A stretch of 64,000 nt of DNA from Isurus oxyrinchus (Eukaryota), in NCBI GenBank assembly GCA_026770705.1, contig JANJGN010000026.1, positions 6,014,001 through 6,078,000 on the forward strand, in the 5' to 3' direction. Every line of letters starts with the position of its first letter. Within the stretch, counting starts at the first letter, position 1. The notes beneath the pieces are model-generated. The model saw only the letters and a program-made list of their open reading frames with translations. It ran no database searches and was not told the origin of the DNA. The position numbers and the translations under genes were made by a program. This document shows positions 38,369 to 52,316 of the stretch, piece after piece.

Positions 38369-39279
38369 CTAACCTATTGACGATTGTGATCCTACCCCGA
38401 GGAAGGTGCGGTCTGTCCAGATGTACCACTTATTACCTGGTATCCATGGCGGTGACGGATCTCTTTGTCATTATCAATGCTGTGATATTAAGCCGGCTTC
38501 GCGCTATCTATTTCCCACTGAGTTTCCTTTCCACTACCCCTGCCTGCAGCCTGATAATTGTCCTCAGCTGTACTTCCAGAGACAGTTCTGTCTGGTTAAC
38601 GGTTGCGTTCACCTTCGATCGCTTCATGGCCATTTGCTCCAAGAAGCTGAAATGGAAATACTGCACTCATGAAACAGCAGCTGTGGTTAGTGGAATGGTC
38701 TGTGTGCTGTTCTGCTTTAAAAACGCCCCTTTTTACTTCATATATGAACCTATGTATGTCATCAATAATGTACCGTGGCACTGCAGAATTAGGGAAATCA
38801 CTCATATTTCCGTCCCATGGACGGTGTTTGACTGTCTGGACCGTATTCTAACTCCATGTCTCCCTTTCATCCTGATTTTTCTGCTCAATGTACTGACTGC
38901 CAGACATATTCTATCAGCCAGTCGAGCCCGGGGGAGACTCCGAGCCCAAAACAATGGACATAATCAGAGCGACCCAGAGATGGAGAACCGCAGAAAGTCC
39001 ATCATTTTACTCTTCACCATTTCTGGTAGTTTCCTTCTGCTTTGGTTGACATATGTTGTAAATTTCCTATTTGTACAAATTACAGTCAATAACTATCCAA
39101 TAGGTTCTAATTCCAATGACCCGAAATTTATTCTGCAGGAAAGCGGGTACATGCTTCAACTCTTGAGTTCCTGCACCAATCCGTGTATTTATGCAGGGAC
39201 CCAGAGTAAATTCAGGGGAGAGTTGAAGGACACAGTTAAATATGCTATAAATCTAATTAAGAAATGGCGTAAACAGTGA
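38369..39279 (+). CDS. Orphan GPR139-like class-A GPCR, coding exon 2 (gene total 326 aa, intact)
   Basis: Acceptor TCTTACAG|CT. 7TM motifs: TM2 MAVTD, C3.25 (PACS), FTFDRF, ECL2 PWHC, TM5 CLPF, TM6 FLLLWLT, TM7 NPCIY, helix 8 KFRGEL. 70+911 = 981 nt in frame. AATAAA at 39329. Confidence 0.95.
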
Positions 39280-40479
39280 ATATAGCTGTATGAATTATTA
39301 CAATAATTCTGCTGCTGTTTCTAATTACAATAAAGAAGAACATAAAGTTTAGTCAGCATTCGGCCGATGTGTACACTGCTTGTTCAATTCTATTTTCCCT
39401 CTTTACGTTCATGAATTTAATTGTGCCTGACCAGCGTGTATTGTGATCTTTTGGTATGATACTGGGATCACTACAAAGATTTCCGATGCCACAGTAGGGA
39501 GTTGTGAATTTGAATGTAATTAAATTCTGCTTATTTTTGAGTGCCAGCCAGCACATCCCTGAAGACTCACCGCGGTTCTGCATGAACCCGCCTAATTTCT
39601 TCCTGTCATTCAGGTAATTGAATTTTCCAACTGTCCCTAGCCCAGTCTACTTATAAATCCAATCCCACACCTTCGTATTGATTCTGAATTCCCTCAGGAA
39701 AACTGGGTGGGACCAATGGGCACATTTACTTTTTCATCCCGGAAATTTTGGCCTTGCTGATTGGCAGGCCGGTCCAGGAAGAGTCTGAAGTTAATTTTTA
39801 TAGGTTTTCTTTGAGTGCACAGTTGATATCTTCTATAAAGATTAAACACTGCGTTCGTTCATTTTTGACCTAATGGTGATAAACTGCCTAGAGTAGTGCT
39901 TCCCATAGTTACATTTTTTTTTATTTGATGCGTTCACTTTGGGATTGCAAGACTGAAATGGATGACTTTTTATAACTAACTGCCGGCCAAGTTATATAAT
40001 CCAATTTGCTCATAGTATTGATGGTCATATCTAGTTTTGACAAATCTTTCAGGACTCCAGGAGCATTAATGCAACTAATGTTTCGTCGTAGTCTTTTTTT
40101 CCGCAACCAATATTCTTTCTAGCTAGCCGCACCTGACTTTTTGTGTTTAGGAATTCCACTCTTTTACGCCAGTGACATACGGGCTAAATTGCTGGCCAAT
40201 AAAATTCTCAAACGTTGTTCAGTTCCTTTAACCATTTCCTTTATATTTCTCCTTCAAAGTGTTTCTCTCTCCATTTGAAGCTCTCTCTCTCTCTCTCTCT
40301 CCCTCTCACTTTCTCCATTGCCCCTTTTTTTCTTCTTCAATTCTGCAACTTCCAACTTTCTGTTCATTTCAAGTTGACAGAAACTTTATTCGCAGCTTCA
40401 TTATTTATAAGCATCAACTTTTTCCAAATTGCTACAAATTGATTATATTTATAGGCCATGACTTAGTTGCAGGTGAAGC

Positions 40480-43360
40480 AGTTCAGAGTATGGGCTGTAA
40501 TGTAATAAGTCATTACACAGGAGAAAAAGAACATACTCATGGATGCTCTAAATTTGGGAAGGGCAGGTTAAACGTATTAAAGAGGTCGGACATGCAGATA
40601 AAAATGGGTGAGGCACTATATTAGTGACTGAGGATCTTAGGTCAGATGAACAAGATGTCGTATCCGTCTGGGTCGCGATAATAGACAGCAAGGACCGAAA
40701 CTTGAAGTATGCGTTGTTTATAGGTAAGCAAATGGTTTTAGGACGCTGTGAAAATCAAAAAAGAAGAGGGAGATTTAAATCAATTTATCGACTGGGTTAT
40801 CCCAATGAACACTATTGCTTTGGAAGATTCACTGTAGCGAGTACGAGAGCAGGGTGTTGAGGAAGCAATCAATGAACAGGTAAATTTAGGTGCAGCTTTG
40901 TCCAATGAGAGAGGGATAATTAATAACTTTGTTGTAAAAGAGCCCTAAGGAAAGAGTGACTATTGTATGAAGATTGTTCATTACGTTTGACAACAACCAT
41001 GTTTAATCTAAAACAAGAATATTATTCTAATCAAAGGAAACAATCATGGTATTGGGGACACCTTTCCTGTGATGGATGAGGACAACACATTAGAAGGTAA
41101 ATGACAGTAGGCAAGCAATGTCTATTATTTAAATGCCTAACACATACTTTACAAAGCAAAACAATCCCCAAAGGCGCAAAAAACCTAAAACAAAATGTGA
41201 ATCATCTATGACTAACAGTGGAAGTTATGAAAGTATGAGATGAAAGAAGGACTTATATATCTGCCAAAAAAAAGCAGCAAGGCACTGAGTTTGGAGCATT
41301 TTAGAATTCACCAAAAGAGGACCAATAAACTGGTCAAGGATGGGAGAATAGAATATGAATACTAACCAAAGAGAAAAATAAGAATGGACTAACAGTTTCT
41401 ATAGGTCTGATAAGATTTAATGTTTCACAAGGACTAATGCGGTTGCATTACAGGCAGTCAGGAAAATGTATCATGCAGCACATGGAAATGGTAGAGGAGA
41501 TAAATAATTACATTATCAATGTCGTCACAGCTGAAGTCACAAGAAATCCCTCAGGAGTAATAGGGAACCAAATGGCCTGTCAGAATCAGGAACTGAAGGA
41601 AGTAACTATTTGTGAAAGAATATTATTTGATGATCTAGTGGGATAGAATGTCTACAAATCCCCGGGACCTAACGATCTACATCCCAGGGTGTTAAAAGAA
41701 GCAGCTGTAGAGATAGTGGATGCATTGGTACTGACACTTTCACTTCTATACATTCTCGAACTGTATTTGCAGATAAGATGTTTCCTTGTGTAACCCCAGT
41801 ATTGAAGAAAGGAAGGAGAGAGAAAGTTTGGGAGTTCAGACCTGGAATCTAGTAAAAAGGGATGCGATATTCAAAGACACTGCCTCGACCCCTGTTCAGG
41901 GAAGTCAGTTCCAAAGGCTTCTGACTCTCTGAGGGAAAACTCTCCTCATCTCCCTCTTAAAATAGAGACCCATTAAATGTAATCGGTGTTCCCTATCCCT
42001 ATGTTGTAAAACGGAGGGTGGGGAGTTAGCTGGGAGAGGGGGACATCCTTCCAGCATTCAGCCTGTGAAGTCAAATCAGCATCATATGTGTTTCAATAAG
42101 AACTCCTCTAATTAGTTTCTCCGGTGGATACATTCCCAAACTATCCAAACTTTCCTCATAAATTTACAATTCCCCACCCCCACATACACACACACACCCC
42201 AAACCGCCCTCAGAAAAGGTGTCAATAACTTTAAAACACACCCCTAATAGAGGGGGTCACATCCTGGCGTGGATTGAGGATTGGTTCATGGAATGAAAAC
42301 AATAGGAATATATGTGTCATTCTCAGACTGGCAGGTTGTGAAATGTGTTTGAATGCAGGGGTCAGTACTTGGTCCCATCTGTTCACAATATATACCAATG
42401 ATTTGCATGTGAGGACTAAATGCATAATTTCAATGTCTGCAGATGGATCAAAATTAGGTAGGATTCCGAGTTGTGAGAAGGTTGCAAAGAAGCTTGAAGC
42501 GTGTTTCAACAGCCACAAGTGACTTGGGCAAACACCAAGAATATTGAATATAATACCCATACATGTTGGATTAACCAATTTGGTTGGAGAAACAGATGTA
42601 CAGGGTACTTCATAAATGGTGAGAGATTTGGAAGTGGTGATGTCCATAGGGCCCTCTGTGTCCTTGTCCATAAGCCACTGAAAGCTAACGTGCAGCAATC
42701 AATTAGGGAAAAAAAGGATATGTTGGCCTTCATCGCAAAAGGGCTTGCACATGCAAAAGTAAAAAAGTTTTGCTTCCATTTTGCATAACTTTGTTTAGCC
42801 AAAGCTGGAGTATTGTGTACAGCTTTCGTATCCTTACCTATGGAAGAATACGCTTGCCATAGAGAGAGAAGAGCGGAGGTTTACCAGGTTCATTTGTGGG
42901 ATGGCGGGACTGGTCTCTGAAAAGATATCCAGGAGACTGGTTCTCTCTTCTCATAAGATTAGAAGAAAGAGAATTGATGTCATTGAAACCAACAGAATTC
43001 TCAAGGCGCTAAAAAATATTTGGATGTGGAAAGGAAGATACCCATAGTGGTGGGATCAAGAACCAGTGAACATGGTCTCAGAACAAGGGGCGAATCATTT
43101 AGGACTCAGATAAAGAGGATCTTCTTCATTCAGAGGGTTTGGAATCTTTAGAATTCGCTGTCCAAGACGGCCATGGAAGCTCAGTCACTGCAATGTTCAA
43201 AACAGGTATCGATAGATTTCTGGACATTGATTACACCATGGGTTTAAGGGAATAGAGAGCGAAAATGGTTTTGAGGCAGATGTTCAGCCATGACCTAGGT
43301 TTATAGCAGAGCAGGCTCGCGGGGGTTGCATGGCCTATACTTGATCCCATGTACCTATGT
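40480..43360 (+). mobile_element. Decayed CR1 LINE with internal inverted fragment (~41860-42160)
   Basis: KSPGP..LHPRVLKE-like segment (~41655), LFTIYTNDL..ADGSKLG (42274-42522), 3' end GCATGGCCTATACTTGATCC. Confidence 0.8.
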
Positions 43361-44989
43361 CCCTCTGCTAGATCTGAAATGCAATATACTCTGTATATGT
43401 GTGGCCTCCTATATGTACTGTGATTCTTTAATACCTGTTCAGGGGTTATGTAGGAGCCTATTAGGGACAGTTTAGAATTCAAGTGAAATTCGAAAACCCT
43501 TCGTACTTTAAAGAACTATTCCACTAAAATCCACGTTCATAAACATGAAAACACACTTTGTTCAATATGAAACTTAACAAATTAAGTCCCACTAACTCAA
43601 TACTCTAATTTATAAAGAATTTCGCTGAAACACAGGTTTACTTGTTACTTCCCAAGAAGAGTTTTATTTTTAACTGACGAAATCTTCAAGGCCATTCATT
43701 TATGAGAGTGGTTACTCACGGTAAGCCACAGCCATCCGGAATTCACTTTCGTTATCCTCAGTTTTCCTGAAATTCTCTGAGGTATGAAAATTCTTCTGGA
43801 ATCCTCCATGAAATTTTGCCCAGGCGATTTTCCAATTTTATTTAAATACTTCATGATTGTGGTCTCGGCAGTTTTAACTTCTTTTTAACTGCCTTCTTGC
43901 TTCGGGGTTTAAACTTCAGGTACACCTCCCCGCCCGAATAACTTCCATTCTCCCGAAGCTTCTGTGCAGCTGCTCATTTCACAGCTGATTTACTGCTCAT
44001 GGAACATGCTTTCTATATGCCTGTTGGAAGCTGTCTGATTGCTCCATGGATCTTTCTATGAACAAACGCACACACACGGATAAATTAAGCACAGGAATCA
44101 CACACACATCACTGTGCTAATGTGGCACACTGCTGGATCTCTCCAACATAAGCGTTCACTAATAATTTTACCTTCAACACAACTCGTTGGTTATGAAACG
44201 CAGATGAATAGGTTTTGTCTTCAAATGATATAACTTCCCTCTCTCCAGATGTGCTGGTTCCAATTCCAGGGATGGGTCACACTTCTAATAAGTAAAACCA
44301 TCTCTGACCGTGTATGTGTAAGATAAACATATGTTAAATTTCCCTCTAATCATACATTGAACAAATTAATTCCTGAGACTAAAAGTTATATTCTAAAACA
44401 TTGGAATTGTGAAATATACATTTGCAACTGGAATAGGGCCAATAATCTGTTGTAGGCAACTATGGGTGGGAAGTAACTTTGGTTTTATGATCTATATATG
44501 GGCTTTATGCATATGGGCATCGGGTCAGCATGTTTGGAATCACACCAGTATATTTTGGGTATAATGTCAGTACATGTATTATAATCGGTATTTTGAGAAG
44601 AAGCACAGGGTGTTCATTATAGGGCAAACATATAGCGGATCCCAGATCAGCCGGACCATAAGCCTGGTGAATAGAGCGTTCAGCCTGTTGTGTCATAGCT
44701 TCAGTATTACGAATAAATGGTCATGTGTGCACCATCGATTCAGTAATGCGGCTGTAAAATCAACAAATCTCTTATAGGGCAATAGAGGGGGTGGAAGGTC
44801 CGTACATGTATTGAAGAGACAGTTGTGAGGATCTGTGGATTGAAGGGAAAAGAAAGAGGGAAGCCAGTTTGCTAAAAGTGGTTTCGGAAGAAAATGAAAA
44901 ACGAATCTTCCATTCAGCTCATCGACGCTGTCATGCTATTCATCGTGATCATGATCGACCTGTATCCTCATTCCATCTTTCACTGTTGT

Positions 44990-47100
44990 CCCTGCACTGT
45001 CGCTGATGTAAACTTCTGGAACTCCCCCTCCATCAGCACTCTGGGTGCACCTCCACTACAGGGATTGCAACTGTTCGGGAAGTAGCTAACCGTCACCTCC
45101 AAAGGGCAATTAGGGATGGGCAATCAATGCTGGCCCACTTGCCTCAACTAGATATATTTCTCCCCCTCCCCCTCTCTCCAAAGCTCTGTCCATCTCATGT
45201 TAAAAAAAGAGATAAATCGTTTTTTTTTTGCATTGTTGATCCGTTTACACTCTTGCCACTCTGCATGAATAATTATTTCCCTCATTCTGTTATCAATCTC
45301 TGGCTGAAACATTAAGTATATGTTGCTGCATGTCTAAGGATCTCTCATCAAAGGAACACGGTTCCTCTAAACTTCATTTCCTTTAAAATTCCTGACAGTC
45401 ACAATCAATTTCCGCTTAAAACCTTCATGTTCAATCGTTAGGGAGTCTGTTGTGTGTTCTCGTTTCTCATATTTTCACATTTGGAATACTGTTAACATCC
45501 TTGGAATTCACCCACGGCCTATATATTATTTCTTAACATGCAGTGCTGAGAAATGCACCCAATAATCTGAAGTTGTATCTCCAGAGTTTTTTTTCTTTTT
45601 TTATTAAATAAATGTAGCAAACGTCATCCCATCCTTCCCTGTTTATTTAATCTTTCTGGTTATAAGTAATAAACCTTGTTGTGCGTGTTTATATCAGACT
45701 TTTTATTGTGTTGTCAAAAATATTAATGCTGATAATGAATTGGTGAAGCTTCAGCAATGAGCCCTCTGGCCATCAATCTTCTCTCCGTTTGTGTTCCATG
45801 CCCGTTACCCCAACACTCTACCTTCTATCCGCTGCCATTTTTTGCTGTTTTGGTCTGCATTGATTCCCTGAGCTTTAATTATAGCTATTAGCCACATATG
45901 AAAAACATTATTGAGTATCCCCGGAGGTCATTTAAACAATTTCCATTCTCACGCTACAGCCCACAAACATAGCTTTTTCCTTATAAATTTCAAAGATGTT
46001 CGGTAGACATGATATTCAAATTTAAAATCCTCTTGAGGAATCCCTAAGCGCATACCAACTTCTTCTTAATTATAATTCCAATGAGTCCTGAACGACAGAT
46101 GTCATACTAACAAAATAGTATTACTGCACTATATGTGATATCAGCAACCAATGAATTGCAGAGATGCAACAAATCTGAGAAATATTAAGCAGAGGTGCAA
46201 AAGCTAGATTTCTAATTGTAATTTTTCCCTAGCTGCAGTGTCTAGAATGAGGGGCACAGTGTCAGAATAAGGGACGGGCCATTTAGGACTCAGATGAAGA
46301 AGAATATATTCACTCAGTTGGGGATGAATCTTTGGAACTCTCTACCCCAGAGGGATGTGGAGGCTCAGTCCTCGTGTATGTTCAAACCTGATATTGATAA
46401 ATGTCTACATTTTACAAACATCGAAGGATACGGGGATAGTGCAAGGAAATAGTGCTGAGGTAGAAGATAAGCCATGATCTCATTGATTGATGGAGTGGAG
46501 ACTGAAGGCTTGATGGTCCACTCTAGTTTCTACTCATTACGTTCTTATGCTGTTATGGTGACAATTGGGGAATTTTATTGTTGTAATTTCTATCACATTC
46601 AGCAGATCCTACAGCTTTATAACTAAAATGACAAATGACTAACAGGCGGTTAAATTGAAGACAAAGAGGGTGGACTGGACGAAGAATTAAATGTAGCAGA
46701 CTGGGTAGATCAACCTAAAAGTGAAGATGATGGAAGAAGGTAGTTGATTAACTGATAGAGGCAGCGTGGATACAGTGGAATAATTGGAAGATGTAGGGGT
46801 GGACATGTTGAGTAAATAGAAGAAGAGGGGATCCATAATGATTAAATAGAGGATGCCGACGGGATTTAATTCGATAAAATGAAATGGCAGAGGTGTGGCA
46901 AGATGAATAATGGAAGAGGCAGAGTGGAGCAAAGAGCGGAAATGAAAGCGTCCGAGTGGAGATAGCAGGCTAAACAGAATATACAGAACTCAAACAGTGG
47001 ACTAAATAGCAGAATTTCAGATTGTTGCGTATTGGCTTGTGCTATCCCCATGATATGAAGTGGGCCAGAAATAATTTCCCCAATGTAATGATAAAGGTGT
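44990..47100. mobile_element. Patchwork of old LINE fragments (second-family 3' end, CR1 both strands, probable L2 remnant ~46660-47100)
   Basis: AAGGGCAATTAGGGATGGGCAATCAATGCTGG at ~45102; CR1 3' end at 46230-46550; DPLFF-like RT remnant on the minus strand. Confidence 0.55.
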
Positions 47101-48159
47101 TTCTTTCATGATGCGATGTTGGCAGCGTCACAATTTGTGAAGAGGGATGGCAAAATTACAAGAGAATAAAGAAACCCCAAAAAGCAGCAATTCCGGGAGT
47201 TGTAGGACATCTGATAGCTACAGATGTCCTGATTCTATGTGTGTCTGGGGATGGGGGGCGGAGCGCTGGGGGGTGGATGTTGGTATTGGGGGCGCGGTAA
47301 TTGATAAATTGATGATGGTGAATGTCTTTATGCGAACATGCAACTTGGCCTCAGGATTTTATAAGGAAAATAGGATCCAACATGTATGGACAGTTTGGTG
47401 GATTGATACGAAACATTTGGGTTGGGGGTGGGGGAATACCAAACTTCAAAAACTGCTTACTGTTCAGGACATAACAGTGGGAGATATGGAGTAGTGTCAC
47501 AAGAGCATGTCGTGTAGAAGGTATTGCAAGTACAATGTCAGAACGGTTATCCACTTATCAGCTGAAAACTGCCGTTAATGCTGCCTATCAACTGATGGCC
47601 CCACTACAGGCACTGCAATCCTCGCCTGTGAAGTATGGAGAGAAGCAGTCCAAGTAATAAATCGTCAGCAACAAAGGCACTAGGGAATGACAATGGATGT
47701 TCGGCTATCAATAGGAAAAGAAGCAGGTGTAGAGGGTATATTTCCACGAGGAGGAATATAAGAAGTCGCTTGATAATAACGAACTTGAGCCTTGTTGAGA
47801 AAAGAGTCGAGTTGTTGAAACTTTATGCTGTTCAAACATCCGGACAAATGCAAGAATGTCGAATTTCAAAGGGAGCATCAATGTTTATTGCTTGAACTAA
47901 GGAGTGTGGCAAGTAGTTCTGAGTTTTCACACGTTGTCATGGTTGCCAAGCAAAATGGCAGAATCAAGCAGCATCTTTTCCTCAAACTCTCCCGCATTGT
48001 TCAAAACCAAAAACTGTGGATGCTGGAAATGTGAAAGAAAAAAAGTAGAAGTGCCTGGCAACGCATGTGGAGTGCGAGAAATGGAGATAAATTTTCGGAC
48101 CTCAGGGACATTTAGCGATGGACAGTAAATGCCTCCCCTATCAGCGAAGCCCGCATTCC

Positions 48160-48413
48160 ATGGTCTAAATGTGAAAATGAAAGACATTGAACATTCCAAC
48201 ACATGCCTTAGTTCCTTTCGGAACTTCCTCTGTGTTAATCCAGAATTAGACATGTTGTTGCAGTGGCTCAGGAGAAGCAACATGCCCCTGCTTCCTTTAG
48301 CATTAAACTTGGTGTCATTTAATTATAACGTGTGAGATATGAACCACGGCAGTTATTTCATCTACAACGCTTACAATCATACTGCTCACAGCAGGATGGG
48401 GCTGTCTGAAGGT
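48160..48413 (-). pseudogene. Third GPR139-like GPCR pseudogene, 3' part (TM6-helix 8)
   Basis: SDSPILL* (cf. SGSFLLLW), then NDTKFNAKGSRGMLLLLSHCNNMSNSGLTQRKFRKELRHVL (cf. NDPKFILQESGYMLQLLSSCTNPCIYAGTQSKFRGELKDTV). Confidence 0.8.
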
Positions 48414-51400
48414 TAAAAACAAAAAACTATGGATGCTGGAAATCCAAAACAAAAACAGAATCACCTGGAAAAACTCAGCAGGTCTGGCATCATCGGCGAA
48501 GAAGAAAAGACTTGATGTTTCGAGTCCTCATGACCCTTCAACAGAACTGAGTGAATCTTAGGAAAGGGCTGAAATATAAGCTGGTTTAAGGTAGGGGGGG
48601 TGGGGCGGGTGGAGAGAAGTGGAGGGGGGTGGTGTGGTTGCAGGGACAAGCAAGCAATGATAGGAGCCGATAATCAAAAGATGTCACAGACAAAAGAACA
48701 AAAGAACACAGAGGTGTTAAAGTTGGTGATATTATCTAAATGAATGTGCTAATTAAGAATGGATGGTAGGGCACTCAAGGTACAGCTCTAGTGGGGATGG
48801 GGGCGGCGTAAAAGATTTAAAAATAATGGAAATAGGTGGGAAAAGAAAAATCTATATAAATTATTGGAAAAAAAACAAAAGGAAGGGGGATGGAACAGAA
48901 ACGGGGTGGGGATGGAGGAGGGAGCTCAAGACCTAAAGTTGTTGAATTCAATATTCATTCCAGAAGGCTGTAAAGTGCCTAGTCGGAAGATGAGGTGCTG
49001 TTCCTCCAGTTTGTGTTGGGCTTCACTGGAACAATGCAGCAAGCCAAGGACAGACATGTGGGCAAGAGAGCTGGGTTGAGTGTTAACATGGCAGGCGACA
49101 GGGAGGTTTGGGTCATTCTTTCAGACAGACCGCAGGTATTCTGCAAAGCGGTCACCCAGTTTACGTTTGGTCTCTCCAATGTAGAGGAGACCGCATTGGG
49201 AGCAATGAATGCAGTGGACTAAATTGTGGGAAATGCAAGTGAAATGCTGCTTCACTTGAAAGGAGTGTTTGGGCCCTTGGACGGTGAGGAGAGAGGAAGT
49301 GAAGGGGCAGCTGTTACATCTTTTGTGTAGGCATGGGGAGGTGCCATATGTGGGGGTTGAGGAGTAGGGGATGATGGATGAGTGGACCAGGGAGTCCCGG
49401 AGGGAATGATCCCTACGGAATGCCGCTGGAGGTGGGGGGGGGGAGGTGAAGGGAAGATGTGTTTGGTGGTGGCATCATGCTGGAGTTGGCGGAAATGGTG
49501 GAGGATGATCTTTTGAATGCAGAGGCTGGTGGGGTGACAAGTGAGGACAAGGGGGACCCTATCATGTGCCTGGGAGGGAGGAGAAGGCATGAGGGTGGAT
49601 GCACGGGAGATGGGCTGGACACGGTTGAGGGCCCTGTCAAAGACCATGGGTGGAAAACCTAGGTTAAGGAAGAAGGAGGACTTGTCAGAGGAACTGTTTT
49701 TGAAGGTAGCATCATCGGAACAGATGCGACGGAGGCGAAGGAACTGAGAGAATGGAATGGGGTCCTTACAGGAAGTAGGGTGTGAGGAGCTGGAGTCGAG
49801 GTAGCTTTGGGATTCGGTAGGCTTGTAATGGATATTGGTGGACAGTTTATCACCAGAGATTGAGACAGAGAGGTCAAGGAAGGGAAGGGAAGTGTCAGAG
49901 ATGGACCATGTGAAAATGATGGAGGGGTGGAGATTGGAAACAGAATTAATAAAATTTTTCTAAGTCCCGACGAGAGCATGAAGCAGCACTGAAGTAAACA
50001 GAGATGTACCGGAGAAAAAGTTGGGGAAGAGGGCCGGAGTAGGACTGGAACAAGGAATGTTCCACATACCCCATAAAGAGACAGGCATAGCTGGTGCCCA
50101 TGCTGGTACCCAAAGCCACACCTTTTATTTGGAAGAAGTGAGAGGAGTTGAAGGAGAAATTGTTAAGTGTGAGAACAGGTTCAGCCAGATGAAGGAGAGT
50201 AGCGGTGGATGGGGATTGTTTGGGCCTCTGTTCGAGGAAGAAGCTAAGGGCCTTCAGACTATCCTGGTGGGGGATGGAGGTGTAGAGGGATTGGACGTCC
50301 ATGGTGAAGAAGAAGCAATTGGGACCAGGGAACTGGAAATTCTTGATGTGACATAAGATGTCAGAGGAATCACGGATGTAGGTGGAAAGGGAATGGACAA
50401 GGGGAGAGAGAAGGGAGTCAAGATAATGAGAAATGAGTTCTGTGGGGCAGGAGCAAGCTGACATGATCGGTCTACCAGGACAGTTCTGTTTGTGGATTTT
50501 GGGCAGTAGGTAGAAGTCCGAGGTTGGGCAACTATCAGGTTCGAAGCTGTGGGAGGAAGATCTCCAGAGGAGCTGAGGTCAGTGACAATCCTGGAAACAA
50601 TGGCTTGATGTTCAATGGTGGGGTCATGGTCCAGGGAGAGGTAGGAGGAAGTGTCTGCAAGTTGACACTCAGCCTCCACGAGGTAGAGGTCAGTGCGCCA
50701 GACAACAACAGCACCACCCTTGTCAGCAGGTTTGATGACAATGTCAGGGTTGGACCTGAGAGAACAGAGTGCAGTAAGTTCAGAGAGAGACAGATTAGAA
50801 TGGGTGAGAGGAGCAGAGAAATTGAGACGACTAATGTCGCGCCGACAGTTCCTAATGAAAAGGTCAAGAGAAGGTAAGACTCCAGAGGGAGGGGTCCAGG
50901 TGGAGGGAGAATATTGGAGGTGGGTAAAAGGATCCGTTAAACGGGGCGAGGAGTCCAGCCCAAAAAAGTGAGCATGGAGACGAAGTCGGCAGAAGAAGAG
51001 TTCAGCATCGTGCCGAGCCCTAAATTCATTGAGATGAGGGTGTAAGGGTATGAAATTAAGTGCTTTGCTGAGCACTGAACGTTCATCATCGGAGATGGGA
51101 AGGTCAGGGGCTATATGAATACACGCCCAGGGCTGGGATTGGAAGATGGGGTGGGGACGGAGGGACAGGCAAGGGTGGAGAGTCCTGGATGGGTGTTGGT
51201 GTCGATGTGTTGTTGGAGCTTGTGTTCCTTAGCACTTGAGAGAAAGAGAAAAAGTTTCTTGTTGAGGTGTCAGATGAGAAAACTCCAGCATGATGCCCAC
51301 CAAACACATCTTCTCTTCACCGACACTGGCGGCATTCCGTAGGGATCGTTCCCTCCGGGACACCCTGGTCCACTCATCCATCACCCCCTACTCCTCAACC

Positions 51401-52316
51401 CTCACCTATGGCACCTCCCCATGCCCACGCAAAAGATGCAACACCTGCCCCTTCACTTCCTCTCTCCTCACCGTCCAAGGGCCCCAACCATCCTTTCAAG
51501 TGAAGCAGCATTGCCCCCAACTTAGTCTACTGTATTCGTTGCTCCCAACGCGGTCTCCTCTACATTGGAGAGACCAAACCTAAATTGGGTGACCGCTTTG
51601 CAGAACACCTGAGGTCTCTCTGCTAGAATGACTCAATCTCGCTGTTGCTTGCCATTTTAACACTCCACTCTGCTCTCTTGCCCACATGTCTGTCCTTGGC
51701 TTGCAGCATTGTTCCAGTGAAGCCCAACGCAAACTGGAGGAACAGCACCTCATCTTCCGACTAGGCACTCTACAGCCTTCTGGACTGACTATTGAATTCA
51801 ACAACTTTAGATCTTGAACTCCCTCCTCCATCCCCACCCCCTTTCTCTTTCTTCCCCCTTCCTTTTGTTTTTTCCAATAATTTATATAGATTTTTCTTTT
51901 CCCACCTATTGCCATTATTTTTAAATCTTTTATGCCCTGCTAGCCTTTCCACCCCACCTCAACTAGAGCTGTACCTTGAGTGTCCTACCATCCATTCTCA
52001 ATTATGACATTCGTTTAGATAATATCACCACCTTCAAAGCCTCTGTGTTCTTTTGTCTGTGACATCTTTTGATTATCGGCTCCTATCACTGCTTGCTTGT
52101 CCATAAACCACACCCACCACCCCCCCACCACTTCTCTGCTTCACCCCACACCCCGCCCCCCACCCCTGCGACCTTAAACCAGCTTATATTTCAGCCCTTT
52201 CCTAAGATTCACTCAGTTCTGTTGTAGGGCCATGAGGACTTGAAATGTCAACTCTTTTCATCTCCGCCGATGCTGCCAGACCTGCTGAGTTTTCCGGTTA
52301 TTCTGTTTTTGTTTTG
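48414..52316 (-). mobile_element. Penelope-like retroelement (RT + GIY-YIG), frameshifted, with inverted ~1-kb terminal copy
   Basis: IVIKPADKGGAVVVW, FFTMDVQSLYTSIP, QIKGVALGT, FLRYI RT motifs in different frames (49946-51075). GETKRKLGDRFAE GIY-YIG remnant near 49130-49180. 51281-52316 is an inverted copy of ~48440-49487. Confidence 0.93.

Noticed and set aside
43445-44400. Solo-LTR-like AT-rich segment (similar impression at ~11530-12066)
   Set aside because: Could not establish TG...CA termini, TSD or a second copy.
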